The position numbers were made by a program, and so were the translations under genes. A DNA stretch of 63,391 nucleotides from an uncultured Cytophagaceae bacterium (GTDB lineage Bacteria > Bacteroidota > Bacteroidia > Cytophagales > Microscillaceae): assembly GCA_964551015.1 (NCBI GenBank), contig CAZKBP010000003.1:213327-276717 (forward strand), written 5' to 3'. Below, one piece after another: positions 10,279 through 22,000 of the stretch (positions are counted from its first letter, which is position 1; every line of letters begins with the position of its first letter). The notes below the pieces were generated by a model. It was not told where the DNA came from. It made no database searches and saw only the letters and a list, made by a program, of their open reading frames with translations.

Positions 10279-12252
10279 ATGCTAAGCAATGTAAACATTT
10301 CAGCGATTAATAAATACCTAATTCAAAAAATGGACACACTCAAAACCCTGAAAGTTATTCCCTACAGTTTATTTACCGATTTTGATATTCACCTCTTTAG
10401 AGCAGGAAAACACTTCAAATTATACGAAAAATTAGGTGCACATCCTACCGAAATCGAGGGAATTTCGGGGACTTATTTTGCCGTTTGGGCACCCAATGCC
10501 GAGAAAGTTTCGGTCATCGGTGACTTTAATTTTTGGAATGCAGAAGAGCATCATCTCTTCGTACGCTGGGACGGCTCAGGGATTTGGGAGGGCTTTATCC
10601 CCAACGTGAAACCAGGAAATTTTTATAAATATAGAATACTTTCTAATGAGGGGCAGGTGCTTGAGAAAGGCGATCCCTATGCTTATCTCTGGGAAGTGCC
10701 ACCCAAAACGGCTTCCGTAGTTTGGAATCTAGATTATGAATGGAAAGATCAGGCTTGGATGGAGAAAAGGGGGGAAGTTAATCGCTTGGATCGTCCTTTT
10801 TCTATCTATGAGGTACATATGGGTTCTTGGCGACGCAAAATGGAGGAGCAATACCGTTCTTATCATTACCGCGAACTAGCCGATGAACTGGTCAATTATG
10901 TAGCCGAGATGGGCTTTACGCACGTGGAGTTTTTGCCCGTGATGGAGCATCCTTTTTTTGGTTCTTGGGGTTATCAGGCTACCGGTTACTATGCTCCTTC
11001 CTCACGCTACGGCACACCACAGGATTTCATGTATTTGGTAGATGCTTTTCACCAAAAAGAGATCGGGGTGATCTTGGATTGGGTTCCTTCTCATTTTCCT
11101 GGGGATGAACATGGCTTAGCTTTTTTTGACGGAACACATCTTTACGAACACGCCGATCCCCGTAAGGGATTTCATCCGGATTGGAGTAGTTATATTTATA
11201 ATTACGGGCGGACAGAAGTCAGGGAGTTTTTGATTAGTAATGCCGTTTTTTGGCTGGATAAATATCATATTGACGGACTGAGAGTGGATGCCGTGGCTTC
11301 TATGCTCTATTTAGATTATTCGCGTAAGCACGGTGAATGGATTCCTAATGAACAGGGTGGCCGTGAAAATGAGGAAGCCATCAGCTTTTTGAAAGAATTT
11401 AATGAAACCATTTATGGAGCTTTCCCTGATATACAAACTATTGCCGAAGAGTCTACGGCCTGGACCGGGGTCTCTAGTCCTACCTTCAACGGAGGGCTGG
11501 GCTTCGGGATGAAATGGATGATGGGCTGGATGCACGATACACTTTTGTATTTTTCTAAAGACCCTATTCACCGTCAGTACCATCAAAACGATATTACTTT
11601 CAGCTTAGCTTATGCTTTTACCGAGAATTTTTTGTTACCGCTTTCCCACGATGAAGTAGTACACGGCAAAGGGGCATTGATCCAAAGAATGCCCGGAGAC
11701 GAATGGCAACGCTTTGCCAATATGCGTCTGCTGTACAGCTACATGTACACGCACCCGGGCAATAAATTACTATTCATGGGAGGCGAATTCGGCCAAACCT
11801 CCGAGTGGCGGCACGATAGCGGCCTAGAATGGCATCTGCTGGAGTTTGAACCCCATCAGGGCTTGCAGCAGTTAATGAAAGACTTGAATCAACTTTTGAA
11901 AAAGGAAAAAGCACTGCACGAGATTCCCTTTGGTCCTGATGGCTTTGAATGGATAGATTTAAATGATGCCCAGCATTCCGTTTTGGTTTATATCCGAAAG
12001 GGACACGATGAGGAAGACCGCTTGATCATTGTACTCAACTTCACTCCTGCCACGCACGATCAATATCGGATTGGTGTTTATCCCAGCGCGGGTTTTGAAG
12101 AAATATTCAATAGCGATGATCCGAAATATTGGGGCAGTGGCTACGAAACCAAAAAGAAAATCCCTACCGAGCTAATTACTTCCCACGGTCGTGAGTATTC
12201 TATTAATCTAAAATTACCTCCCTTGGGCATGCTCGTTTTGAGAGGAAAATAA
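10279..12252 (+). CDS. glgB: 1,4-alpha-glucan branching enzyme (GH13_9)
   Basis: Hallmark segments are present: [30 protein letters not shown], the catalytic region [31 protein letters not shown] and [12 protein letters not shown]. The start may instead be the internal ATG at about 10330 (MDTLKTL). Confidence 0.9.
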   Translation: MLSNVNISAINKYLIQKMDTLKTLKVIPYSLFTDFDIHLFRAGKHFKLYEKLGAHPTEIEGISGTYFAVWAPNAEKVSVIGDFNFWNAEEHHLFVRWDGSGIWEGFIPNVKPGNFYKYRILSNEGQVLEKGDPYAYLWEVPPKTASVVWNLDYEWKDQAWMEKRGEVNRLDRPFSIYEVHMGSWRRKMEEQYRSYHYRELADELVNYVAEMGFTHVEFLPVMEHPFFGSWGYQATGYYAPSSRYGTPQDFMYLVDAFHQKEIGVILDWVPSHFPGDEHGLAFFDGTHLYEHADPRKGFHPDWSSYIYNYGRTEVREFLISNAVFWLDKYHIDGLRVDAVASMLYLDYSRKHGEWIPNEQGGRENEEAISFLKEFNETIYGAFPDIQTIAEESTAWTGVSSPTFNGGLGFGMKWMMGWMHDTLLYFSKDPIHRQYHQNDITFSLAYAFTENFLLPLSHDEVVHGKGALIQRMPGDEWQRFANMRLLYSYMYTHPGNKLLFMGGEFGQTSEWRHDSGLEWHLLEFEPHQGLQQLMKDLNQLLKKEKALHEIPFGPDGFEWIDLNDAQHSVLVYIRKGHDEEDRLIIVLNFTPATHDQYRIGVYPSAGFEEIFNSDDPKYWGSGYETKKKIPTELITSHGREYSINLKLPPLGMLVLRGK

Positions 12253-12368
12253 ACTTCAAGTTTCGGGTGGCGAGAGGCAGGTGATAAGTTTTGAATTACG
12301 GTTATTTTTGTTCTTTGCAGGGAATCGCGAAATAGACCCCTTGCAACCTGAAATACAACTACAAAGAA

Positions 12369-14789
12369 ATGAGTAAATACATCTGTATACACGGGCACTT
12401 TTACCAACCACCTCGAGAAAATCCTTGGCTGGAAGAGGTAGAGTTGCAAGAATCTGCCGAGCCTTTTCATGATTGGAACGAACGAATTACAGCCGAATGC
12501 TACAACCCAAACGGTGTCTCACGTATTTTGGATGGAGACGGTAAGATCGTAGATATTGTTAACAATTACGCCAAAATCAGCTTTAACTTCGGCCCTACGC
12601 TTCTCTCCTGGATGAAAGACAAAGCCCCCAAAAGCTATCAATATATCCTGGAAGGCGATAAGCAAAGCTTACAAAGATTTAATGGACATGGCTCAGCGAT
12701 GGCACAGGTTTATAACCATATCATTATGCCCCTAGCCAACCGAAGAGATAAGGAAACTCAGATTATCTGGGGCTTGGAAGATTTTAAGCGTCGTTTTGGG
12801 CGAGAAGCCGAAGGCATGTGGCTGGCCGAAACAGCCGTGGATACAGAATCTCTGGAGCTATTAGTAGAGCACGGCATCAAATTCACAGTACTAGCTCCCA
12901 ATCAGGCCAAACGCTATCGTAGCTTGGGTGAGCAAGATTGGCTGGAAGGCGTGAATCCTAAGCATCATTATATTTGCCGACTGCCTTCTGGAAAAAAAAT
13001 CGTACTATTTTTTTACGATGGAGATGTGTCGCAAGCCGTGGCTTTTAAGGGCTTATTGAAGGATGGAAAAGAATTTGCCAACTACCTAGTCGGTAATTTT
13101 AGTGAAGAAATGGGCGACCAAGCGCAGTTGGTACACATCGCTACCGATGGAGAAAGCTATGGTCATCACCACCGCCACGGAGACATGGCACTGGCCTATT
13201 GCTTACAGTATATAGAAGAAAATGACCTCGCACGCATTACCAACTACAGCGAATACATGAGCCTCGTAGCACCCACACACGAGGTGGAAATTTATGAGGA
13301 TAGTTCTTGGAGTTGTGCCCATGGGGTAGAACGCTGGAAAAGTAATTGTGGTTGTAGCACCGGAGGCAGACTAGAATGGAATCAGGCTTGGCGGACGCCT
13401 CTGCGTAATGCTCTGGATTGGCTCAGAGACGAATTGATAGAGGTGTATGAATCTGAAATGGCACTTTTTCATCCTGACCCTTGGAAAATTCGGAACGCTT
13501 ACATTTCCGTTTTGATGAATCGCGCTCCCGAGAATTTAGAGAAGTTTTTTGAAGAATATATCCAGACAGAATTATCTGAGCACGGAAAAACGCGGGTGAT
13601 GCGCCTCTTGGAAATGCAACGTTACTCCCTGTTGATGTTTACCAGTTGTGCTTGGTTCTTTGATGAAATATCGGGAATAGAGACCGTACAGGTACTGCAA
13701 TACGCCAACCGAGCGATTCAATTGGGAGAACGGGTGAGTGACCATTTGCTGGAACCTGAGTTCTTGGATCGCTTGCAAGAAGCAAGCAGTAATCTGCCAG
13801 AACACGGCAATGGAGCCGAAATTTACCAAAAATTTACAACGCCTGCCCGTCTGACCCTCACCAAGGTAGGGATGCACTATGCCGTGGCTTCACTCTTTGC
13901 CGATAATCCGGGTAGGATGAGTATCATGAATTACGATGTGGCCAATCAATACTTCGAGCGGCTCGAGGCGGGGATTCAGCGCATGGCCATCGGGCGTACC
14001 ACGGTATTTTCTAAAATTACCCTCTCTCAAAAGTATTTTAGCTTCGTAGTGGTCTACTTGGGGCAACATCAAATCATTGGTAGCTCCTCGAATCAGCTTT
14101 CCCGAAAGGATTTTGATACCATGCGAGATAAGGTAAGAGAAGCCTTTAATATGAGTAATCTCTCTGACGCATTGCAGATCATGCAAACTTATTTTCCCTC
14201 CAAAAATTTCTCTATCTGGGATTTGTTTAAGGATGAGCGTATTAAAGTATTGAATCAAATCCTCTCCTCGAGTATGGATGATGCCGAAGATGCTTATCAC
14301 AATATTTATGATCGTAACTACAACCTGATGAACGTCATGCGTTCGGCCAACCTGCCCATTCCCCCGATGCTTCGCCAAAATCTAGAAATTGTCATCAACA
14401 AAGACATTGAAGGATTTTTTAATGTAACCTCTTCACATCCCGATCGCTTGCATAATTTGGTGAACGAAGTAGGAAAATGGAGCGTATCGCTCAATCACGC
14501 TAAAATCTCTCACGTGGCGGAGCATAATTTATACGAACGAATCCAGAATTATTACCACCAAGAGCCAGAAAATTTTGAGTTGATTCACCATTTGAATCGG
14601 ATTCTGGAATGTCTTTATTCATTAAGCATCTATCCTGATCTCAACGAAATCCAAAATCTCGTCTTTCGGATGAGCCACGAGTTCATTCCCCAATGGAACG
14701 AGAAAATGGAGAAAGAAACCAAATACCAAGAAGCGAAGAATTATCTCCTACGACTTTGCGAGTTGACCAATTTACGAATCGAGGAATAG
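12369..14789 (+). CDS. Glycoside hydrolase family 57 protein (alpha-amylase/4-alpha-glucanotransferase-like, with C-terminal DUF3536-like region)
   Basis: The N-terminus MSKYICIHGHFYQPPRENPW is the GH57 signature, followed by the IATDGESYGHH region. Length is 806 aa. Confidence 0.85.
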   Translation: MSKYICIHGHFYQPPRENPWLEEVELQESAEPFHDWNERITAECYNPNGVSRILDGDGKIVDIVNNYAKISFNFGPTLLSWMKDKAPKSYQYILEGDKQSLQRFNGHGSAMAQVYNHIIMPLANRRDKETQIIWGLEDFKRRFGREAEGMWLAETAVDTESLELLVEHGIKFTVLAPNQAKRYRSLGEQDWLEGVNPKHHYICRLPSGKKIVLFFYDGDVSQAVAFKGLLKDGKEFANYLVGNFSEEMGDQAQLVHIATDGESYGHHHRHGDMALAYCLQYIEENDLARITNYSEYMSLVAPTHEVEIYEDSSWSCAHGVERWKSNCGCSTGGRLEWNQAWRTPLRNALDWLRDELIEVYESEMALFHPDPWKIRNAYISVLMNRAPENLEKFFEEYIQTELSEHGKTRVMRLLEMQRYSLLMFTSCAWFFDEISGIETVQVLQYANRAIQLGERVSDHLLEPEFLDRLQEASSNLPEHGNGAEIYQKFTTPARLTLTKVGMHYAVASLFADNPGRMSIMNYDVANQYFERLEAGIQRMAIGRTTVFSKITLSQKYFSFVVVYLGQHQIIGSSSNQLSRKDFDTMRDKVREAFNMSNLSDALQIMQTYFPSKNFSIWDLFKDERIKVLNQILSSSMDDAEDAYHNIYDRNYNLMNVMRSANLPIPPMLRQNLEIVINKDIEGFFNVTSSHPDRLHNLVNEVGKWSVSLNHAKISHVAEHNLYERIQNYYHQEPENFELIHHLNRILECLYSLSIYPDLNEIQNLVFRMSHEFIPQWNEKMEKETKYQEAKNYLLRLCELTNLRIEE

Positions 14790-14801
14790 AAAAATCCAAG
14801 C

Positions 14802-17219
14802 TTAATCTAAGCTCACCACGATTTCGTCTTCGCTCCAATCAATTTCTACATAAGCCAAACCAGAGACTACTTTGGAAAGGTCTTCGCTATCTTCGTAGGG
14901 GTCAAAATTAGAAATCGGCTCCACGAAGCGGTAGTCCATTTGGTGAATATCCAAGTCCAGACCTCCAGATTTGGGTTTCAAAGTATCTGGATCAAAACCG
15001 TGCAAATAAATCTTTGCTTTTTCAAAATGACTGCCCATTTGCCCCGTCTTGGCCTCGATGAGTAGCTGACTTTGAGCCGGCTCGTATCGTAAGATTCTCT
15101 GGTAGTATGCCTGTTGTTCATAGGCAAGTGTCTCCCCGTCGTCCTCGTAATAAGTGAAATTACTACCCGTATCACCTTGATAAAGATGAATTTCCAAGGT
15201 CTTTTCTGGTTTTTCGCCCGTGTGGCTAATGGGTGATTGCATCAGGAGCATACCACCTGCGCGTACGAAAGCTGGAATTTCGTCTTTGGCACATTCTACA
15301 AACATTTCTTGTGATCCTGTGTATTTTTGATCTACGAAGAGATGGTACCATTCACCTGCTGGCAAATAGATTTTATGATAATTTTGGCGACTATCCAGCG
15401 GGCAAATCAAGAGATTAGGACCGCAGAGAAATTGATTTTGATAAGTAGGATGATAGACCAAATCATCCCAAGTATAGTCCAGAGCCAAGGTACGACTAAT
15501 CGGTGCGCCCGTTTGGGAGGCTTCCCTAAAAAGCGAATAAAAATAAGGTAGTAAGCGATAGCGCAATTTGATAAAATTACGGGCAATCTCTTCGGCCTCT
15601 TCTCCAAAAGTCCAGGGTTCGGCATCTCGGCTATTAATCATCGTGTGGCATCGGAAAAAAGGCGAAAAAGCACCCCAAGCGACCCAGCGGCAGAATAAAT
15701 CTATGGAAGCTTCTCCCACGAAACCTCCTACGTCACAACCCGCGAAAGCGACCCCACTGAGTCCTAAGCTATTAATCAGACGCACATCTGAGAACATATG
15801 CTCTTCATAAGAAACATTATCTCCAGTCCAGATCGCGGCGTAGCGTTGCAAGCCAGCAAAGCCCGAACGGGTCAGGATAAAAGCTCTCCGATTAGGAGAT
15901 AACTTACTAACTCCCTCGTGCGTGGCGCGAATCATTTGTAAGCCGTAGATATTGTGGGCTTTTTTGTGTGTGGCTCCTAATCCGTCGTAATCAAATTCTA
16001 CCAGGTCGGGAAAGTTTTTGTCCCAAACGGCGGGCTCATTCATATCGTTCCAAAAGCCCTCGATTCCCATCTCCACGAGGCTTTGATAATAATCTCCCCA
16101 CCAAGCCCGCGTCTCTGGTTTTGTGAAGTCGGGAAAATGACACCATCCCGGCCAAACGGCTCCGGTGTATAGTCCTCCGTCTGGATATTTTACAAATAAA
16201 TCTTTGTCTTTACCCTCTTCATAACAATCGTAGCCCTCTTCTATCTTGATACCCGGGTCTACCATGGGGATTACGTGAAAGCCCTGCTCCTTGAGTTGCT
16301 TCACAAAACCGGCCGGATCAGGAAATCGCTCTTGGTGCCAAGTAAATACCTTGTAGCGTTCCATGTAGTGAATATCCAGATAGATGACATCGGCGGGAAT
16401 ATCTCGCTTGCGGAAATTTTCGGCCACATTCAATACTTCCTGATCGGGATAATAGCTATAGCGGCATTGCTGAAAGCCCAGACTCCACAAAGGGGGCATT
16501 TTCATTCTTCCAGTCAGCGCGGTGTAGGCTTCAACGATCTTGGTCAGACTTTCGTCGTGAATGAAATAATAGCGTAGCCCTCCCATACTCGCCTGAAAAA
16601 AGGAAAAACGGTCATTAGAAGCACCAAAATTAAATTTGGTATGGTAGGTATTGTCTAAAAAAATACCATAGGCGCTTGGCTGATGCAAGCCTACATAAAA
16701 AGGAATAGAAGCATAAAGTGGATCCGTATCTGGACCGTAGCCAAACTGATCCGTGTTCCAGTTGACGTACACGCGGCCTCGGCGGTCTAGATTACCGGTT
16801 TTCTCGCCAAGCCCTAAGAATCGTTCTCCTTCCTGTAATTTTTTATAGTTGGTGACTTCATCACCAATCCAAGCGATCCCTAAGCCGGGGTCGTCTTCAT
16901 TGAGCAAGTTCCCTTTTTTGTCCAAAAAGCGGATTCGCAGTGGATTTTTGTAAACAAATAAGTTGATTTTGTCAGTTTGAATCAAGTATTTATCTTCCTG
17001 CTCTTCCTGAGACCAGTCGATAGGTTGTGGCTCCATGACCACCGCATAGCTAAAGTCTTCAAATTCTTGGTCATTACGAACGGCGTGAATTTGAATAATC
17101 TCGTGGCTGTAAATGACGATTTTTAGCTTAGCTTCTACGGTCAGTATTTTAACATGCTGCGAAAAAGCCTTGTAATCAGTAATTCCCGTAAGGGAAATAT
17201 TCTGTGGGTCTTGTCTCAT
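14802..17219 (-). CDS. Glycoside hydrolase family 31 alpha-glucosidase
   Basis: It carries the GH31 catalytic nucleophile motif (GIEGFWNDMNEP), the WTGDN region and a Trp-rich TIM barrel. Length is 805 aa. Confidence 0.9.
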   Translation of the reverse strand: MRQDPQNISLTGITDYKAFSQHVKILTVEAKLKIVIYSHEIIQIHAVRNDQEFEDFSYAVVMEPQPIDWSQEEQEDKYLIQTDKINLFVYKNPLRIRFLDKKGNLLNEDDPGLGIAWIGDEVTNYKKLQEGERFLGLGEKTGNLDRRGRVYVNWNTDQFGYGPDTDPLYASIPFYVGLHQPSAYGIFLDNTYHTKFNFGASNDRFSFFQASMGGLRYYFIHDESLTKIVEAYTALTGRMKMPPLWSLGFQQCRYSYYPDQEVLNVAENFRKRDIPADVIYLDIHYMERYKVFTWHQERFPDPAGFVKQLKEQGFHVIPMVDPGIKIEEGYDCYEEGKDKDLFVKYPDGGLYTGAVWPGWCHFPDFTKPETRAWWGDYYQSLVEMGIEGFWNDMNEPAVWDKNFPDLVEFDYDGLGATHKKAHNIYGLQMIRATHEGVSKLSPNRRAFILTRSGFAGLQRYAAIWTGDNVSYEEHMFSDVRLINSLGLSGVAFAGCDVGGFVGEASIDLFCRWVAWGAFSPFFRCHTMINSRDAEPWTFGEEAEEIARNFIKLRYRLLPYFYSLFREASQTGAPISRTLALDYTWDDLVYHPTYQNQFLCGPNLLICPLDSRQNYHKIYLPAGEWYHLFVDQKYTGSQEMFVECAKDEIPAFVRAGGMLLMQSPISHTGEKPEKTLEIHLYQGDTGSNFTYYEDDGETLAYEQQAYYQRILRYEPAQSQLLIEAKTGQMGSHFEKAKIYLHGFDPDTLKPKSGGLDLDIHQMDYRFVEPISNFDPYEDSEDLSKVVSGLAYVEIDWSEDEIVVSLD

Positions 17220-17389
17220 CAGGTTTATCTTTCTGGATTGAGTAGGCTATTTAGAAAAAAACTCTAAGAATAACAACCCGTGATTAGCTTTCAGCAGTTA
17301 GTTTCCAGTGTTTAGCGTTTGGTAGGTATGATGTTTTGAGCTTCTAGGTAGCTTTTAACTGACTTATGAAAGTTAATTGAAGGCCTACG

Positions 17390-18026
17390 CTAAATCTGCT
17401 TGACTGCCTCTTGGATGGGTGTGTCTCCGCTTAATAAGTCCAAGCTTTTCCGATAAGTATTTTCTTGGGAGAGTAGCGCGAGCAAGGTGTGGGCTACATC
17501 TTCACGGGGAATTTCGCCAGAGGAAGGAAGCTTTTCGGAGAGAGCTATGTTTTGTGTAGCACTTTTATGATTGAGTTGGCCCGGACGGAGGATGGTATAA
17601 TCCAAGTCTGTCTCTCTTAGGTGGGCATCGGCCTTAGATTTGGCCTCAAAGTAATGTACCATGCTATCCGGCCAAGCTTTGGGTTGGTCGGCACGAAGGG
17701 CACTGACCATCAGATAGCGTTTGCTACCTTTTTCTACGGCAAAATCTATGGAGCGGATAGCTCCTTGATGATCTACTAATTCGGTTTTGTCTTTCCCGGT
17801 GTGTGCTCCCGAGCCTGCCGCAAATACGACTGCTTGACAACCTTCATAAGCGTGGGAAAAGTCTTTTTCTAGGTCGCCAATCACAGTTTCCGCCCCCAAT
17901 GCTTGCAAATCTGCTTCTTGTTCTGCTTTGCGCACCATGGCCTTGATTTCGAGATCTTGTTTGGCCATGAGTTCTACCAAAAATTTCCCGATTTGTCCGT
18001 TGGCTCCGATAATGAGTGTTTTCATG
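17390..18026 (-). CDS. NAD(P)H-binding (NmrA-like/atypical SDR) oxidoreductase
   Basis: Rossmann motif MKTLIIGANGQIGKFLVELMAKQD. I chose the ATG at 18026 over the track's upstream start at 18130. The longer ORF would overlap the neighbouring aldo/keto reductase and adds a non-Rossmann extension. Confidence 0.7.
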
Positions 18027-18062
18027 CTATTTTGTTTTTGAATTTTGAGTTTTGAGTTTTTT

Positions 18063-18887
18063 TTAGCTGTAGTCCCAAGCGGGGGCAAAGTCAGGGTCAA
18101 CCATTTTTTTGTTGGCTCGGTTGAGCTCAAAAATCTGGTTCATTTCCTCCGCAGAAAGTTCAAAGTCAAAAATTTGAAAATTTTCTTCCGCGTATTTTTC
18201 CGTGCCAGTTTTAGGGATCACCACCACATCTTCTTGTTGTAAGAGCCAACGGAGCGATACCTGTGCTGCGGTTTTATGGTGTTTGTCTGCGATTTCTTTG
18301 ATGCATTGATCATCTGTGACTTCTCCACGAGCCAGCGGGCTGTAGGCGGTTAAAGATATTCCGTGCTGACGCACATTTTTTAATACTTCACTTTGATTTA
18401 AGAAAGGATGATATTCTACCTGATTCGTAATGATTTCGGCTCCGTAGTCAATCACTTCATCCACCATTTTGGGCAGAAAATTGCTGACCCCGATAGATTT
18501 GGTGTAGCCTTTCTCCTTGGCTTTCATCAACTCTTCCACGCTTTCTTGCATAGGAATGTTAGGATTTGGCCAGTGGATGAGAAGCAAATCTACATAACCT
18601 AGTCCTAGTTTTTCTAGACTTTTTTCTGTCGAGGGGAGAAAGTTTTTTTTAGAAAGTTTCTCGAACCAGACTTTGGTGGTCACGAATAAGTTTTCTCGGC
18701 TCCCCGGGAGTTGCCTTAATCCTTGACCTACTTCTGCCTCGTTTCCGTAGATTTGAGCCGTATCGATGTGTCGGTAGCCGATTTCTAGGGCTTTCTCCAC
18801 CATTTTTTGGGCTTCCTGACCTTTGAGTTGCCAAGTACCAAAACCCAAGGCGGGGATTGTAGCCTTTTTAACATGTACATATCGCAT
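18063..18887 (-). CDS. Aldo/keto reductase (2,5-diketo-D-gluconate reductase-like)
   Basis: The sequence GFGTWQLKGQEAQKMVEKALEIGYRHIDTAQIYGNE includes the catalytic Tyr region, followed by LLIHWP and IGVSNF. Length is 274 aa. Confidence 0.85.
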   Translation of the reverse strand: MRYVHVKKATIPALGFGTWQLKGQEAQKMVEKALEIGYRHIDTAQIYGNEAEVGQGLRQLPGSRENLFVTTKVWFEKLSKKNFLPSTEKSLEKLGLGYVDLLLIHWPNPNIPMQESVEELMKAKEKGYTKSIGVSNFLPKMVDEVIDYGAEIITNQVEYHPFLNQSEVLKNVRQHGISLTAYSPLARGEVTDDQCIKEIADKHHKTAAQVSLRWLLQQEDVVVIPKTGTEKYAEENFQIFDFELSAEEMNQIFELNRANKKMVDPDFAPAWDYS

Positions 18888-19042
18888 AAGATGTCTTTTT
18901 TAGTGAATGTTCAGTCACTGACTAAACAGGAAGTAAAGAGAGTGGTTTGTTTTGGGAATCTCTAAACTCGAGAGTTGTAAGCTAGAGGGTAACGATACGA
19001 ATGAATTTTTTCAATTTTTTTCGTTTTCCAATCCTCGAGGTT

Positions 19043-22000
19043 TTAATCCGTAATCACGGCATTCGGCTGTTTGATAGGCAGGGTGATGATAAACTCTGTA
19101 CCCACGCCTGCTTCACTCTCCACCTCGATTTTCCCCTGATGTTTCTCGATGATGCTATGCACGATAGAAAGCCCCAGGCCTGTGCCTTCACCTACTTCTT
19201 TGGTGGTGAAAAAGGGTTCAAAAACACGCTTTCTAATTTCCTCGGGCATGCCCTTACCGGTATCGCGGATACGAATGAGGACAGAAGAGAGAGGGGCTTG
19301 ATCTGCTGACTCCTGATTGCTAGTTCCTGCCTGCTCAGTTTTAATAAAAATCTTTCCTTCTCCTTCAATGGCTTGAATGGCATTGGAAATGATGTTCATA
19401 AATACCTGATTAAGCTTACCCGGGTAGCACTCGATAGAAGGGATATGGCCATATTCTTTGACAATTTCCACACGGTTTTTGTACTGGTTGCGGAGAATGG
19501 ATAGGGTTGCGTCTAAATTCTCGTGCATATCCGCCATTTTGATATCGTCTTCATCTAGGCGGGAGAAGGTACGCAAGCCTTTAACAATCTCGGCGGTGCG
19601 CTCGGCTCCACGCTTGATACTTTCGGTCAGTTCGTTGACTTCTTCCAAGACTTCCTCGAATTCCATGTCTTCCTTCAATTCCATAATTTCCTTTAACTTT
19701 TCTTCTACATTTTGGGCGTCTACCTCTTCGTAATTCTCGAGCACTTCTATCAAATCTTGGATATTGGTTTTGAGCGAGCCAATGCCTGCGTAGACAAAGT
19801 TGATTGGATTATTGATCTCGTGGGCAATACCCGCGGTGAGTTGCCCGAGCGAAGCCATTTTATCGGCTTCTAGAAGTTGGGTCTGAGTGCTCTTGAGGTT
19901 ATCCAAGGTGGCTTGGATTTCTTCTTTTTGCTGATGAATTTGCGCCGTTTGCCGCTGTACCTCTTCTTCTAGTTCTTTTTTTCTTCTTTGGATTTGATTG
20001 ATACGATAGCGAGAAATCATATAAATGATGCCGACAAAAGCGATGATACATAGCGTCCAAAACCACCAAGTGAGCCAAAAAGGCGGTAAAATTTGGATGA
20101 CCAAGACCCTTCGCCCTGCTTTGCTCCAATCGGAGTTTTTGTTAATTGCTTCTACTTCAAAGACATAGGTAGCTGGATATAAATTCGTGTAAGTCACTAA
20201 GCGTTGGGTAGTGGTATAATTCCATTTGCCATCCTGAAAACCCAAGAGTCGATAGCGGTAGCGGGTTTTTTCGGGGTGTTTGTAATTGAGAGCCACAAAT
20301 TCAATAGAAAAAATAGACTGATGGTAATCCAAAGTGATCGTATCTGTCAGGGTGATATGCTTGGAGAGTACCGCGGATTCTTCTGTACTAATTTTTACGG
20401 ATTCATTAAAGATTTGAAAATCAGTCAGTACGACCGAAGGTGCCTCGATCTCCTTGAGGGCATTGACTCGAGCGGGATCAAAGTTGGTAAAGCCATTAAT
20501 GCCCCCAAAGAGCATATGGCCGGTTTTGCTTTTGAGGTAAGCACCCCCGTTGAATTCATTACTTTGCAAGCCATCAAATACATCATAATTGGCGATCACG
20601 GAATCTTGATCCAGACTTAATTGGAAAAGTCCTTTGTTGGTACTGATCCAAAGATAGCCACTCTCATCTTCTAAGATACCATAGGCGACATCATTGAACA
20701 GGCCATCGTCTTGGTCGTAGCGGGTAAATGTTTCCTGCTCGCGATCAAATTGGTTCAAACCGCCTCCGTAGGTTCCAACCCACAATTGTTTTCGGCTATC
20801 CTCGAAGACAGCCATGATGATGTCATTGCTGAGGCTGTTGGATTTTCGCTCATCGTATTGATAGCTATAGAATTTTTCTGTCTTGTAATCAAAGCGATTG
20901 AGTCCGCCGCCACGAGTGCCTACCCAGAGATTACCTTCACTGTCTTCGGCCAGGGCATAGATCGTGTTATGGCTGAGGCTAAGAGAATCTTTGGCATCGT
21001 GGAGAAAATGCCTAAAAGTATCGGTATCACGGTCTAAAAGACTCAGCCCCCCGCCCTTGGTGCCGATCCAGAGCTTGTTTTGAGAATCTTCATAAATGAC
21101 ACGGACGTTGGGATGTAGGAGTGCCTTCTTTGCCTGAGCATCTATTTGATTGTGAACAGGATAGGCTTTGAAATTCTGCCCACCCAGATATTTGAGTAAG
21201 CCTTGATTGAGCATACCCACCCAAATATTTCCCTGACGGTCGCGGTAGATTGTTTGCACGTCATTGTTAGGCAAATTAGAATTTTCTTTTCGGAAACCCG
21301 ACAGAATACGGTCTTGATTTACATCATAAATATCAATTCCGCCATTGTAAGTGGCTACCCAGAACTGATTGCTATCGGCGGGGCAAAACCCCTTGATGTT
21401 ATTGCTGGACAGCGAAGAGTTGTCTTGGGAAAAGTGGTGAAACATTCTTTGGGAAGGGTCATACTTGTTCACACCACCAATATAAGTGCCGATCCAGACC
21501 TGCCCTTGGTGGTCTGGATAAATATCAAAAATCAGGTTAGCATTCAGGCTTCCAGTTTTCTGTAAATCTTTCTGGTGATGAGACCAGTTGCCCGCTTGAT
21601 CTTTGACAAATAATCCCTGATTGCTCCCGACCCAAAGATTTTGTTCCTGATCCAATGCCAAGGTAAATATTCCCAATGAAGCAGTAGCATCTAAAGGTAG
21701 CTCTACTTTTTGTACCCGCTCTTGCTCAGAAACTTGCATCAGACCGTCCGTGGTGCCCACCCAAAGGTTTTGTTTTTGATCTCCCAGTAGGCTTAAGATC
21801 ACAGGGTAAGGTTCGGACTCGGAGAGAGGAAAAGCTTGAAAACGGGCGTGGCTAGCGTTCCACCGGAAGAGTCCCTGCTCGGTACCTGCCCAAATTTGAC
21901 CACCTGCATCTTCGGTGATTTCCTGTATTTGGGCAAGGCGAATGGTACGGAAAGTAATAGAGTCTAGGTTCTCATGCAACTTGGCCACGTAAGTTTGCTC

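Noticed and set aside
17390-18130. Long N-terminal extension of the NmrA-like gene starting at 18130
   Set aside because: It would overlap the aldo/keto reductase gene by 68 bp and adds a 35-aa non-Rossmann leader. The internal ATG at 18026 directly precedes the GxxGxxG motif.
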